From a virus (taxonomy: Duplodnaviria; Caudoviricetes): a stretch of DNA of 59,048 nucleotides. The position numbers and the translations under genes are program-made. Where the stretch lies: positions 1 through 59,048 of the IMG/VR virus record IMGVR_UViG_3300025030_000116; one strand, written 5' to 3'. Below the pieces are notes generated by a model, which had not been told where the DNA came from, ran no database searches, and saw only the letters and a program-made list of their open reading frames with translations. Shown here one piece after another: positions 29,201 to 38,257 of this stretch. Position 1 is the first letter of the stretch; every line of letters begins with the position of its first letter.

Positions 29201-32200
29201 CGTGAAGGTGGCGAAGCAGTTGCAGAAAAACCTGCCAAAGATCCTGCCGAAGAAGTAACCCCCTCCTTTAAAAAAACCGAGGCCGGGGACCAGGGCGTAC
29301 TGCTCAAGGGTGCTACCGAACTTGGCAAGGGGAAGAACCCCAAGGCCAAGGGTGTCGCCGGGGTCGAAGACCTTGAGCTGTTCTCTGAACCGAAGGAGCG
29401 AGCGGCAGAAAAAAGCCAGGGGGGGTTCGGCTTCGACACAGGCGGCTATGCTGAACGCACCTCCCCTACCCGCGTCACCACGCAGACCTTCCTTGAACTA
29501 CCCGAGATGGTCAAGCTCTACAAGCTCATCAACGAGGGCAAGCTTCCGAAACTTATGGAGCGCATGGGCAATGCCCTTGGCCGCCTCACCCACAACAAAA
29601 CCGGCGAAGCTGACATTAAACTCCGCAAGGATCTTTTTGCAGGGCCGCAGATTGCCGCTGAGAGCCTGAAGCCAGCAGAGGCAAGGCAGCAGTGGGACGC
29701 CTGGCAGAAGACCGTCCAAGATGCCAATCCTGACGCCGACATTATCTTTCGCCAGAAGTACAACAGGAAGACCAGCAAGATCGACTTCAAGGCGTACAAG
29801 CGCGATCCGAACTATGCCCTCAAAATCTTCGCCCACGAAATAGGCCACTTCGTTGACTACCTGCCGGACTACCTGGTGAGGGGAAGAGGTAACATTCTGG
29901 GTCACATCGCCGCGCTCAAGAAGTACGCCGGCCAAACCCTGGAGATGTACCCCAACGCACCGGGCAAGACCCTCTCCCCCGAAGACATGACACGCCTCAA
30001 GGCGGAAGCCCTGGATGACGCCACCATGGAGGCCGGTGCAGTCACCGAAACCATCACGCGGGAAGTCCCCAAGTATTCTGAGGCCGGCATTACCCCGGAG
30101 ATGATAACGGACATCTGGAACGGCATGGCAGACGCCAGGACAAACAACCCGGATCTTTACAAGTTCATCGCCAAGATGTCCGATGCGGAAAAGAAGTCGG
30201 TCGTCGTGAAGGCAATGAAGGGGCTTGTCCATGAGAGCCTGAAGCATCTTGGCGGCAAGCGCCAAGTCGGTACCGAGACGATCACGGAAACCGTAACTAG
30301 GTACAGCAAGCCGACTGCGGCAGAGGTTAAGGCCCGCCTTGACGAGCTGGTTCAGGAAGAAATTGCGACCCGCCGACTGTACGAGAAGACCCGGATCACG
30401 GACGAGCTGAAGAAGTTAACACAGATATGGAAGCCGTTCACTGTCGGTAAGGATGCCTATACCAAGTACCGGCATTCTGCATCGGAGCTGTACGCCGACG
30501 CCGTGAGCGTCCTCTTTAACGAGCCGCAACTGCTGAAGGATGTCGCGCCTACCTTCTACAAGGCGTTCTTCTACTACATGGGCGAGAGGCCCACCTTCAA
30601 GGAGGCGTACAAGGCTATCACCCGGTTAAGCAAAGACCCCTGGGCCTTGGGCGCCGAACGGTATGAAGATGAGATGGAGATGTACGAGCGCGGCGCCGAG
30701 AAGACGGAGCAGATCCGCAAGGCCCAGCCGGTCCATGAGAAAATCTACGACACAATGATGCGGAGCCTGGTTGACCGGAACCATGACGTTCTGAAGGATC
30801 TCCCGAAGACCAAGGGGGGGGACAGAGCCCGTTTTATGCTGGAAGAGATACCCTACCTAGGCGGAGAGGTAGAGAACTACGCACGGAAGGTCGAGGCCGT
30901 CAAAGCGAAGCTTGAGAAATCCGGCCTGACCATCAATGATTTCTCCGCGTTCCTGCTGGCACGTCACATCATCGAAAACCGGAGCGACGTAGCCAACGCA
31001 CAGGGGAAGACGGCGGTAACCGAGAAGGCGAAGCTTGAGTACATGAAGGAGCTGCACGGCGCCGAGAAAATGCGGCTGCTCGAAAAGGCCGCTGACGAGT
31101 TCAAGCAGGCCCGCGCCCACATCCTGAAGCGCATGGAAGAGTCTGAAATTGTGACCGAGGACTTGATGGCGAAGATCAACGAGCGCCAGCACTACGCCCA
31201 CATCGACGTTCAGAAGTACATGGACACCAAATTCGGGGATGGTACGTCATCGAGCGCCGGGTGGAAAAAGCTGGTAGAAGGCACCCTTTCAGACGTTAAC
31301 AACGTCTACGTTGCGACCGTCCTTCAGGACATGGCGATCCTCCGCATGGCGAAGATCAACGAGTCCAAGCGTGCGCTTACGGACGTATTCACGGGGACCG
31401 GGCTTGCAGTAACCGCCGAGATGAAATGGGACAAGAATTTCGGGGGCAAGCGTCCGGTTGATCCGGGCGGGGAAAAGGCGCTGCTGACGGTGATGGTTAA
31501 GGGGAAGCCGGTGTACTTCGTGGTAGACAAGCACGTTGCCGACACCTACAAGTATTCCCCGGTCAAGGCGATGGCGATAGGCCGGGTAGCCGGTTACGTC
31601 CAAGGTTTCTTCAGGGACATCCTGGTTTCTAAAAATCCGGCGTGGATGCTGAGAAACGTCTACCGGGACATGAAGGGGACCATCAAGAATAACTCCGAGG
31701 TGGCATGGTGGAACCCGATGGATCGGCTTCGCCTGCTGAGAGAGTACAAACGCGCCTTCACTGAAGTCCGCGCCGACATCATGAAGGGGGAGCGGAGCGC
31801 CGACATTGAGATGATGCACAACGAGCACATGCTGAATGCGGAGCGTATGTACTCCGGGCGTGAACAGAGCTTCGATAATGAGCTGGAAAGGATTGCCGTA
31901 GAGTTTCAGTTCGGGGAACAAGAGAGCGGAAACGTAGCAATCAAGCGCATCCGTCAGGTCTACAACTACCTGGACAAGCTGGGCAAAATTTCAGAGCAAA
32001 CATCCAAGGTGGGGGGCATGAAATACCTGCGCTCCAAGGGTGTTACTGGCGACGAACTGGCCCACAAGGTAAGAACCCTTGTTGGCACCCCGGACTATAA
32101 ACGTCAGGGGACATTGCAGCAACTCTCGAACAACATCGCCATGTTCTCCAATGTAGGGAAGGAAGGAACACGCTCGGCCTACTCGGCCTTCAAAACAGAT

Positions 32201-33118
32201 CCCCTTTCCTACGCCTTCAAGACCATCGAGTCGAATATCCTGCCCAAGTTGATGCTCGGGTTGGCGGCTGCCGGCGCACTCGGGGACGACCTTAAAGAAC
32301 TGGCACTGGCGATTCCCTCTTGGGACCGTCGCAGCTACTCCGTGATCCCTGTACCTGCCCGGTTGATCCAGTGGGCGAAGGAGGCGGGCCTGATTGGTCA
32401 GGGGGCAAATGCATACCTCCGGCTTCCGCAGGATTACGAAGGAGCGTTTTGGGGCGCCCTGACTTACGACATTACCCAAGGGGACGCCAAGGGGGTAGGC
32501 AAGGATGTCCTGTCGGCACAGCCCTACAAGCTGCACCCGATGCTGGCCCTTGTGGTCGATTGGGGTCAGTACCTCTCTGGGGCGCAGCCTTACGACTCCT
32601 TCAGGCAGAAGGACGTGTTAACTCGGGAGCAACAGCAGTATGGCGAGGTCCAGGGCTTGTTCAATAAAAAGAGCCTGGCCGGCATGGGCGTTCATACCTA
32701 CGGCATGTTGGGCCTGGGGAACATCTACAAGCTCGACAACAAGGAGTTCCCGAAGGACCAAACGGCTTTCGAGCGACTGCTCAAGATCACTCCGGTCAAC
32801 GCAATCGGAAGCTACCTCCAAGTGAACGACGCGGGCAGGCAGGAGCAGTTGGTCAAGCTCATCCGGGATGGCCGGAACGAGAAGTCGATCCAGTCGTATG
32901 AGATCGGGGACGCTATCAACGAGGGGGTAAGGGAAGGGAGGACCGGGACGAGGGATATGGTTCAGGTTTTCAAGGGTCTTATCTCCGAAGGCAAGATTGA
33001 CCGCAAGGCGGACTTTGGCCGCTTCCGGGCTAGATACATGAGGGCTATTGACCAAAAGCGGTACGGCATCAAGCCTACAAGTAAGAGCGAGGCAAAGGCT
33101 TTGAGCGAGTCCCAGTAG
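26276..33118 (+). CDS. Large polyvalent protein (InPase-like, zincin metallopeptidase and LPD38-like domains), likely injected
   Basis: PTQAQAEAGNYKKGH...ENP.GS.RSG...HYGYIKGT.G.D.DHIDVF; FAHEIGHF plus ELYADA; C-terminal DYKRQG...F.N...G. Confidence 0.8.
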   Translation: MARVNVPDYNTFVDFPDDTPADVMEKAMLEAFPAKDFSKVSFKQGPTSTTGIATPRQQEEAQSLREAVTGKEVARPRRSAVPELRNAPPKNFFEKGVDAVRGALSPYHDTESMDPGAIASASISMDAQRNIVPAKTITAEGMSVNIPARSMARDEFVDMINPQGKGIRTAEKFISGTGQGVKGVATGALGFAQALGSEAAGDAANAIQADSLNSPADESLAGELGSGFGSLLTFLVPSMGVNKVASLIAKISPKAAKFAATGTMTAFEAATEGGNVFREMQAGGATEEEASKAATKTFLANLPLNFITNKAAFFPDHEAKGVVKQALNSALPEGLQEGSQEYISQRSQPGKEVSGTAILKSAAIGALTGGAVGAVKGSISSDHDMLSTSPAAEPAMPAAEPQAAAQPSVDPLDAHMEANPQQPLPAPVAEQPKPEAIPEPAPRDVPVNTVFKQPDGSTIKILAKRAKEGGYVLNTTTTTADGQSQTVSSHDPVSGHDVLAAIEQHRPSPVAAPVEVQAEAAAPQELTRQAWTEAQPVEVAATAPEIVSELDQAAHESAASPTNETPVPTQAQAEAGNYKKGHVNIQGLNIAIENPQGSKRSGEDADGKPWETEMQDHYGYIKGTVGKDKDHIDVFVKPGLTPETTGEKFFVVDQVDPKTGELDEHKIMLGYDSKEAAQEAYLRNYDQTGADRIGAITETTSADFKEWLKHGDTQGGFVPVNKKEPIAPAPVQEQVTSPSPSLTLEEIGAKGMKHDANTKGEVIILKDGKNIAQQDRKTGMWRVYEGGLSAKNMVGDNFTMREAADELKGMREVEAPEAQAERETFVQVSAELESKTGVEKFKGKSFSSVSDFQEYLKQVYPSVHNIGAKKEEVVAAVEIAAGKGGKKVLTQQRKEILAAFQEDINRLREVYGDLNGDTEATGAYDTAAETLAADETADQVSAFDFFDNIIKENQRERGNESQNKGRDDEATTGEAREGGEAVAEKPAKDPAEEVTPSFKKTEAGDQGVLLKGATELGKGKNPKAKGVAGVEDLELFSEPKERAAEKSQGGFGFDTGGYAERTSPTRVTTQTFLELPEMVKLYKLINEGKLPKLMERMGNALGRLTHNKTGEADIKLRKDLFAGPQIAAESLKPAEARQQWDAWQKTVQDANPDADIIFRQKYNRKTSKIDFKAYKRDPNYALKIFAHEIGHFVDYLPDYLVRGRGNILGHIAALKKYAGQTLEMYPNAPGKTLSPEDMTRLKAEALDDATMEAGAVTETITREVPKYSEAGITPEMITDIWNGMADARTNNPDLYKFIAKMSDAEKKSVVVKAMKGLVHESLKHLGGKRQVGTETITETVTRYSKPTAAEVKARLDELVQEEIATRRLYEKTRITDELKKLTQIWKPFTVGKDAYTKYRHSASELYADAVSVLFNEPQLLKDVAPTFYKAFFYYMGERPTFKEAYKAITRLSKDPWALGAERYEDEMEMYERGAEKTEQIRKAQPVHEKIYDTMMRSLVDRNHDVLKDLPKTKGGDRARFMLEEIPYLGGEVENYARKVEAVKAKLEKSGLTINDFSAFLLARHIIENRSDVANAQGKTAVTEKAKLEYMKELHGAEKMRLLEKAADEFKQARAHILKRMEESEIVTEDLMAKINERQHYAHIDVQKYMDTKFGDGTSSSAGWKKLVEGTLSDVNNVYVATVLQDMAILRMAKINESKRALTDVFTGTGLAVTAEMKWDKNFGGKRPVDPGGEKALLTVMVKGKPVYFVVDKHVADTYKYSPVKAMAIGRVAGYVQGFFRDILVSKNPAWMLRNVYRDMKGTIKNNSEVAWWNPMDRLRLLREYKRAFTEVRADIMKGERSADIEMMHNEHMLNAERMYSGREQSFDNELERIAVEFQFGEQESGNVAIKRIRQVYNYLDKLGKISEQTSKVGGMKYLRSKGVTGDELAHKVRTLVGTPDYKRQGTLQQLSNNIAMFSNVGKEGTRSAYSAFKTDPLSYAFKTIESNILPKLMLGLAAAGALGDDLKELALAIPSWDRRSYSVIPVPARLIQWAKEAGLIGQGANAYLRLPQDYEGAFWGALTYDITQGDAKGVGKDVLSAQPYKLHPMLALVVDWGQYLSGAQPYDSFRQKDVLTREQQQYGEVQGLFNKKSLAGMGVHTYGMLGLGNIYKLDNKEFPKDQTAFERLLKITPVNAIGSYLQVNDAGRQEQLVKLIRDGRNEKSIQSYEIGDAINEGVREGRTGTRDMVQVFKGLISEGKIDRKADFGRFRARYMRAIDQKRYGIKPTSKSEAKALSESQ

Positions 33119-33138
33119 CGATAAAGTAGGCCATTGGT

Positions 33139-33168
33139 TTGACATGCCAACCAAGTTGAATGTAGACT
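33139..33168 (+). promoter_or_regulatory. Lysis-cassette promoter with operator-like site in the spacer
   Basis: TTGACA-18 bp-TAGACT; CAACCAAGTTG at 33148-33158. Confidence 0.6.
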
Positions 33169-33196
33169 CCGCCCCATTATGTGGGAAGGAGCCAAC

Positions 33197-33457
33197 ATGA
33201 ACCGCACTCTGACCGAGGCCGATATTGCCGCGATAGTTGAAGGGCTGAAGGGTCACACCCACTGCAACCTTGGGTTAACCCTAACCCCGGACCAAGCAAG
33301 CTTGCTAAAGCGGATTCTCGAAGCCATAGACGGCGGCGCAAAGATCGTGGGTAGGACCATTCTGACGGCGATCATCTTGGCGCTGATTGCAGTTTTCACC
33401 AAGGGGTTTTGGTTCTCCATAATCTCAGGCATCAAGGCAGCGGGGTTCGGTAAATAA
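33197..33457 (+). CDS. Membrane protein of the lysis cassette (holin/antiholin-like)
   Basis: C-terminal hydrophobic helix; coupled to the endolysin gene. Confidence 0.55.
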   Translation: MNRTLTEADIAAIVEGLKGHTHCNLGLTLTPDQASLLKRILEAIDGGAKIVGRTILTAIILALIAVFTKGFWFSIISGIKAAGFGK

Positions 33458-34035
33458 TGAAGACGCTCAATGCACTGTTCAGAGAAGTGATCCTCGCCAA
33501 CGAGTTGGGCGGCAACATCAAGGTCGCGCTTCGGTTCTCCGATCCCGATGGTGTGCTGTCGGGTAAAAGCGGGTGGAGCTTCGGTATCTCGCAGTTCGAC
33601 ACTCAGAACAATGACGCAGCCCTCAAGTGCCTAGCTGCCTGCGGGTTCTCCCCGGCGGAGATCCGGGGGGTTGTCGCACAAACCATCGACGTCAAACCCC
33701 TGGCTGCAAAGCTCGCGGCGAATACCGATGTCATTGCGCTGTACGACGAGGAGCAACTGTCGTACTGCCTCAGCAAAGCTCTCAACTTCGACAGCGACCA
33801 TGGGATTCCCGTTGCCGATGCTGCCGCGATCCTGGCGAGCGCCGACTACGTGAATCAGTACGGCTCGCAAGGCAATGGGGCGCGTGCATATTACAAGGCG
33901 CTGGCCCGCCCGATCACCGCCCTTGACGTTCTCAACTTCAAGTTAACACAAACCAAATATGGCAGGGAGCATCCCGGTGACTGCCGCCGCCGATACGACA
34001 ATCTCATGAAAGTCGTCAACTGCGCGAAAGCGTAA
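33457..34035 (+). CDS. Endolysin (lysozyme-like fold, putative)
   Basis: NE.GG...GKSGWSFG.SQFD and DY.NQYG; position in lysis cassette. Confidence 0.7.
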   Translation: MKTLNALFREVILANELGGNIKVALRFSDPDGVLSGKSGWSFGISQFDTQNNDAALKCLAACGFSPAEIRGVVAQTIDVKPLAAKLAANTDVIALYDEEQLSYCLSKALNFDSDHGIPVADAAAILASADYVNQYGSQGNGARAYYKALARPITALDVLNFKLTQTKYGREHPGDCRRRYDNLMKVVNCAKA

Positions 34036-34054
34036 ACCAGAAAGGAAACTAAAA

Positions 34055-34324
34055 ATGAAAACCGTCCGCCTTATCCTGTCCCTCATGCTCATCATCATCT
34101 GCACCGCAGCCCTGGCCCTCGGGGCTGATGTCGCGCCGATTGTCGCCGTACCTTCGCCGTCGATCCTCGACTGGTTCGCGGTGAACAAGGCCGTGATCTT
34201 CGGTGCAGCCTTGGCTATCTCTGAACTCCTGTCCTTGATTCCCGGCTTCCAGGGCAACGGTATCCTCGATACCATCAAGAAGGGGCTCGCCCTGCTTTCG
34301 GGGAAACCCCAGGTGACAACCTAA
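34055..34324 (+). CDS. Holin (putative)
   Basis: Hydrophobic segments; AISELLSLIP.F..NGILD motif. Confidence 0.65.
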   Translation: MKTVRLILSLMLIIICTAALALGADVAPIVAVPSPSILDWFAVNKAVIFGAALAISELLSLIPGFQGNGILDTIKKGLALLSGKPQVTT

Positions 34325-34647
34325 TGGGCGGGGCGATGGCGGCGATCACTGCGGTCTTCTCTGTCATCGCCCTGCTGCTGGAGGTGTGGACCAAGGCGGC
34401 CCCCAAGCGGGCGAAGGAGAAGAAAGATGAAGCGATCCAACGTGGCCGGCAGGATCTTCATGACGGCAATGCTGATGCTGTTACTACTCGGCTCGGCATC
34501 GTGTTCGATGCTCCGCCTCTCGCCGGTAGTGGTAATGCCGGAGGCGCAGGCGATGCCGATCAAGGCGGGACAGGCCGCATCCATGACCGGCTGGCTGCTC
34601 TCGGAATCCGCATTGGCGAAGCTCCTGGAGAAAGCGGAAAGCTGTAG
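34324..34647 (+). CDS. i-spanin-like protein
   Basis: N-terminal TM segment; overlapped by a lipoprotein gene in another frame. Confidence 0.5.
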   Translation: MGGAMAAITAVFSVIALLLEVWTKAAPKRAKEKKDEAIQRGRQDLHDGNADAVTTRLGIVFDAPPLAGSGNAGGAGDADQGGTGRIHDRLAALGIRIGEAPGESGKL

Positions 34648-34651
34648 GTGA
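34427..34651 (+). CDS. o-spanin-like lipoprotein (overlapping frame)
   Basis: Signal peptide ending LLLLGSASC; AAGGAG RBS; overlap as in Rz/Rz1. Confidence 0.6.
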   Translation: MKRSNVAGRIFMTAMLMLLLLGSASCSMLRLSPVVVMPEAQAMPIKAGQAASMTGWLLSESALAKLLEKAESCR

Positions 34652-34693
34652 AATAGACATCCAACAAAGTTGAATGTTTTCAGCTACTTAACC

Positions 34694-35010
34694 TTGCCCC
34701 CCTATTGTCCCCTTATTTGTCATTTACTTGGCTTTTTGTGAACAATTTCAGCAAGTTAACTTGAAGAACAAAGGACTGCAAATCCTTCACTCCCCGGTTC
34801 AAATCCGGGCGCCGCCTCCAACTAACCTCTTGATTTTTCAAGGGGTTTTTTGTTGTCCAGACTTTATTTACAACAATGTTGTAGCTAACCCCTCAACTTT
34901 GTTGAATATACAATTTCCTCAACAATTTCCACTAGTTAATTATATTTACAACAAAGTTGTATCATTTCAACAACTTGCAGTTGTCCCCTTTTTGTCCCCT
35001 TCGGTCCCCC
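34694..35010. repeat. Integrase arm-type sites (TTGTCCCCTT and variants) flanking the attP core
   Basis: 34694 (variant), 34705, 34981, 34992 and ~35001 (variant); the pairs are 11 bp apart. Confidence 0.65.
34771..34820 (+). other. attP core: 3' half of tRNA-Cys(GCA)
   Basis: AAGGA-CTGCAAA-TCCTT anticodon arm, T-arm CCCGGTTCAAATCCGGG and GCCGCCTCCA end; no 5' half; next to the integrase 3' end; followed by a terminator-like hairpin. Confidence 0.9.
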
Positions 35011-35021
35011 TCTCCGCTTAC

Positions 35022-35051
35022 AAAAAAAGCCCGGCAGTTAAGCGCGGGCTT
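35022..35051 (-). terminator. Terminator downstream of the integrase gene
   Basis: AAGCCCG...CGGGCTT hairpin with an A-run on the + strand. Confidence 0.6.
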
Positions 35052-35079
35052 GGGATAAGCAAGATGGTTTCTCTTCCTG

Positions 35080-36387
35080 TTATTTTTGTTCTCTGCGGTC
35101 TGCCTCCTGTCCCTCGTTGCGCGCTCCGCCCAGACTGAAATTCTGCATTGCATTGTGCTTTGCCCTGTCGGTGATGTGGGCATACCTCCTCGTCATGTAG
35201 GAGCTTGAGTGTCCAACGATCCGCTGAAGCACCTCTATCTTGTCCGGGTGCTCCTCAAGGAAGTGAGTGCAGAACGTATGACGGAGTTGGTGAAAGGTGA
35301 AATCGAATATGCCAGCGTCTCGGCAAGCTTTCGTAAATCCGATGTCAGATCCAACCAGCATATGTCCGCCCTCCTTTACTGGGCTGGGAATGACGTACCC
35401 AGTCGGCGGGGGTATGTCTCTCACTCCGCAATCTTTCTTCCATTGGAGCAGCGCCTCTCTTAGCAGGCCGGTCATTGGAATCTGTACGGTCTTCGGCCCG
35501 GCAGATCGTCTATGCTTCACAACCTTGATTATCTCGTTGCGGCGCCAATCAATCTCATTCCACTTGAGCGTTAACACGCCGTCAATACGCAACCCAGTGT
35601 TGAGCCCTAGCAGGACTAACAATCTAAGGTGGGGGATCACGTTCGCCCCCTTGATGCCCTTCCTATGCACTCCCGCCCTTGGCGCCGCGCACACCTCTAG
35701 CAGCCGATCTATCTCGTCGTGGCTCAGATACCTGTCATTCTCGTTGTCCTCATTTAGTAGAGCATACCCACTAAGTTGGTTGGTTTTTATGAGGCGCTTC
35801 TGTACTGCGATTGACATGAGGCGTTTCAATGTTGCCAGATCGCGGTTAATAGTTGCAGGCGTAGGCGTCCTTGCCTCAAGGATCTCTCCATTCGCCGGGT
35901 CCAACTTGGTGTAGAAGACTTCGCCCTCTCTAAATGCAACGTATTCATCCAGATCTTCCCACTCGATTTTATCTATGGGCGCTTTCTTGAAGTAGGGAAG
36001 CAAGTGATTCGTGGTCCTGTACTTGTAGGGCGCTATGGTGCCAGGTGCCAGCTTTTCTTTCTTAGCTTGGTCGTCTAGCCAATCAAAGAAGACTTTAGCG
36101 GCATTGGCGAACGAAGTGTCTTTTGACTTGTCTACTACGGCCCCATTCTCTCGCTTTGTTAACATGTCGTTTTCATAGGCTACCGCTGCCGCCTTAGATT
36201 CCAACACTTTCTTGTGCTTAACCTTGCTGCCATCCGGCCCAGTGACACGGAACACAGCATACCATCCTCTAGAATACCGAGTTTCAGAGCCGCACTTACA
36301 CGCGGGTAAGACTTTGAGTTGTACGGGGTCAGACACCTCACACTTGCATTCAATGTTAGTACATGTCCTCTTCTTGTAGACAGACAT
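35080..36387 (-). CDS. int: Tyrosine integrase
   Basis: TGLR, FHQLRHTF, GHSS and TRRYAH catalytic residues; TPATINRDLATL. Confidence 0.95.
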   Translation of the reverse strand: MSVYKKRTCTNIECKCEVSDPVQLKVLPACKCGSETRYSRGWYAVFRVTGPDGSKVKHKKVLESKAAAVAYENDMLTKRENGAVVDKSKDTSFANAAKVFFDWLDDQAKKEKLAPGTIAPYKYRTTNHLLPYFKKAPIDKIEWEDLDEYVAFREGEVFYTKLDPANGEILEARTPTPATINRDLATLKRLMSIAVQKRLIKTNQLSGYALLNEDNENDRYLSHDEIDRLLEVCAAPRAGVHRKGIKGANVIPHLRLLVLLGLNTGLRIDGVLTLKWNEIDWRRNEIIKVVKHRRSAGPKTVQIPMTGLLREALLQWKKDCGVRDIPPPTGYVIPSPVKEGGHMLVGSDIGFTKACRDAGIFDFTFHQLRHTFCTHFLEEHPDKIEVLQRIVGHSSSYMTRRYAHITDRAKHNAMQNFSLGGARNEGQEADRREQK

Positions 36388-36390
36388 AAC

Positions 36391-36855
36391 TCACCTCTTT
36401 TGTTTTCTTTGAAGTTGCTTAACTTCGCTCGAAACATCTACACTTGCCAGCATGGCGACTAATGCCAACTGGTCAGCGATCTTGGTTCTCAATTCGTTAT
36501 TATGTTCAATCACCTTCCTGTAAATATTCAAAACCGCTTCTTCGTCCAAAGTCAAAGTAATGTTGTTGTCTCCAAGTTTCGGCCACAAATAACGGTCCTT
36601 ATTGGAAGTGTCGGTATAGGTTTCCAACAACTCCTTCACTTCTTCAGTCGAGTAATTCAATTTAAACAATATGATAGCCAGAGTATCCGGGGCCAGGGTT
36701 TTGTCTGGAACATCAGTAAATGCCCGCCGTACAGTTTCGGCTGAATATTCAATGCCTGAATCCTTTGTGAATTGGGTAACATTCTCCCACCCCTGATCCC
36801 GGAGCCTCTTATTCGTGATAGCAAAAAATGCTTTTTTCCGCTGGTTCTGATCCAT
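36391..36855 (-). CDS. Putative immunity repressor (HTH)
   Basis: Divergent from the recombination operon and co-oriented with int; N-terminal HTH-like helices. Confidence 0.55.
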   Translation of the reverse strand: MDQNQRKKAFFAITNKRLRDQGWENVTQFTKDSGIEYSAETVRRAFTDVPDKTLAPDTLAIILFKLNYSTEEVKELLETYTDTSNKDRYLWPKLGDNNITLTLDEEAVLNIYRKVIEHNNELRTKIADQLALVAMLASVDVSSEVKQLQRKQKR

Positions 36856-36917
36856 TTCGCCCCCTCCCTTGTTTGGCCTGTGTCTCCAAATCCTAGATGG
36901 ATTCTGAAGTATTATGA

Positions 36918-37023
36918 AATATAGCCCTACAATTCATTATTGTCAACAATATAAATTGAAAGACGCTAACTACTTTGTTGTTGACATTAATGAGCCGTAG
37001 GAATATCATGTGCAACATTGTTG
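36918..37023. promoter_or_regulatory. Divergent promoter pair (genetic switch)
   Basis: Leftward TTGACA(36946-36941)-17-TATATT; rightward TTGACA(36981)-17-TATCAT(37004); operator-like sites at 36970 and 37013. Confidence 0.8.
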
Positions 37024-37081
37024 AAGTTATTTTTCTAGTTTGTTGTGCATGTGGTTCATAACCTGGCGGGAGGGAGGCAAC

Positions 37082-37249
37082 TTGTTAGATGGAGTAACTA
37101 CTGGTACGGATGATGGCATGTTTTTCTTGGATGGACTAGACAAGGGGGCACTGGAAGCAAGGGCAAGGGAGGCGAGGACAACGGTAAGCGATGAGACTGC
37201 AATCCTTAACGCCTGCCTTAACAGGCTAGGAGGTGACATTGCAAGCTAA
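37082..37249 (+). CDS. Small hypothetical protein, first gene of the rightward operon
   Basis: GGAGG RBS and TTG start. Confidence 0.45.
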   Translation: MLDGVTTGTDDGMFFLDGLDKGALEARAREARTTVSDETAILNACLNRLGGDIAS

Positions 37250-38213
37250 GAAGCTGGTTCACACGAAGGACATGGAGCGCGACGAGTGGCTGAAGCACCG
37301 TCGCGGGGGCATCGGGGGCAGCGATGCCCCCGCCATCGCAGGCTTGTCCAGGTGGAGCAATCCACTCTCGACATACCTGGACAAGATCAGCACAGAGCCT
37401 CCCGACGAGGAAGAAAACCGCTTCATGAAGTGGGGGAACATCCTGGAGCCGGTCATTGCTACCGAGTTCGCCAATCTCACCGGGTTCAAGGTGCGGGTGT
37501 GCAACTACATCCTTCAGCACCCGGAACACAAGTGGATGCTGGCGAATATCGACCGAGAAGTGATCGACCCGATTCATGGTAAGGTCGGACTGGAGTGCAA
37601 GTCTGCCAGTCAGTACAAGGCAAAGGAGTGGGAAGACGACAAGACGCCGGACGAGTACGTAATCCAGTGCGCCCACTACATGATGGTGACTGGCTCCCCT
37701 CGCTGGTATCTTGCGGTCCTGATCGGCGGCAATGACTTCCAGTGGCGCCTTATCGAGCGGGATATGGATCTTGAGCGCGACCTGTTCAAGATAGAAAGCG
37801 AGTTCTGGCAGCAGATCCAGGACCGCACCCCCCCCGCCATCGACGGCTCGCCTGCAAGCGATGACATCCTGAAGTCTCTCTATCCGCAGGCAGAGATCGA
37901 AAGTGTGTTAACATTGCCCGATACCTTCCTGTCCGTCTTCGCACAACTGGAGCAGGCCAAGATTGACGAGAAGGAGGCAGAGAAGCGGAAGAAGGAGGCA
38001 GAGAACACGATCAAGGCCGAAATGGGCGAGTTTGCCGTTGCAACTTGCGGCGTGTACCAATCAAGTTGGTCGAATGTTTCTACCAGTGCATTCGACATGG
38101 ACTCTTTCAAGGTCGAGCAGCCCGAGTTGAGAGAGGGGTACATGACCACGCGCGACAGCCGAAGGTTCAGCTTCAAAAAGCTCAAGCCCCCGAAAGAGAA
38201 GAAGGCGGCATAA
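37239..38213 (+). CDS. YqaJ-like viral recombinase exonuclease
   Basis: WL..RR.GIGGSD, WG..LE, ANIDR, LECKS, Y..QC.HYM.V. Confidence 0.93.
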   Translation: MQAKKLVHTKDMERDEWLKHRRGGIGGSDAPAIAGLSRWSNPLSTYLDKISTEPPDEEENRFMKWGNILEPVIATEFANLTGFKVRVCNYILQHPEHKWMLANIDREVIDPIHGKVGLECKSASQYKAKEWEDDKTPDEYVIQCAHYMMVTGSPRWYLAVLIGGNDFQWRLIERDMDLERDLFKIESEFWQQIQDRTPPAIDGSPASDDILKSLYPQAEIESVLTLPDTFLSVFAQLEQAKIDEKEAEKRKKEAENTIKAEMGEFAVATCGVYQSSWSNVSTSAFDMDSFKVEQPELREGYMTTRDSRRFSFKKLKPPKEKKAA

Positions 38214-38257
38214 CCACGCCCAGCGGCACAACTTAGTTGAAAAGGAGATACAACACA

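Noticed and set aside
29175-29258. Alternative-frame Lys-rich mini-ORF inside the giant gene
   Set aside because: Purine-rich low-complexity linker readily yields RBS-like and ORF-like patterns; no independent support
34771-34820. Complete tRNA-Cys gene
   Set aside because: The 5' acceptor strand and D-arm are missing; it is the attP core
34662-34959. CAACnnnGTTG as IHF sites
   Set aside because: IHF consensus is asymmetric, with 4 nt between CAA and TTR; this motif is a symmetric palindrome with 5
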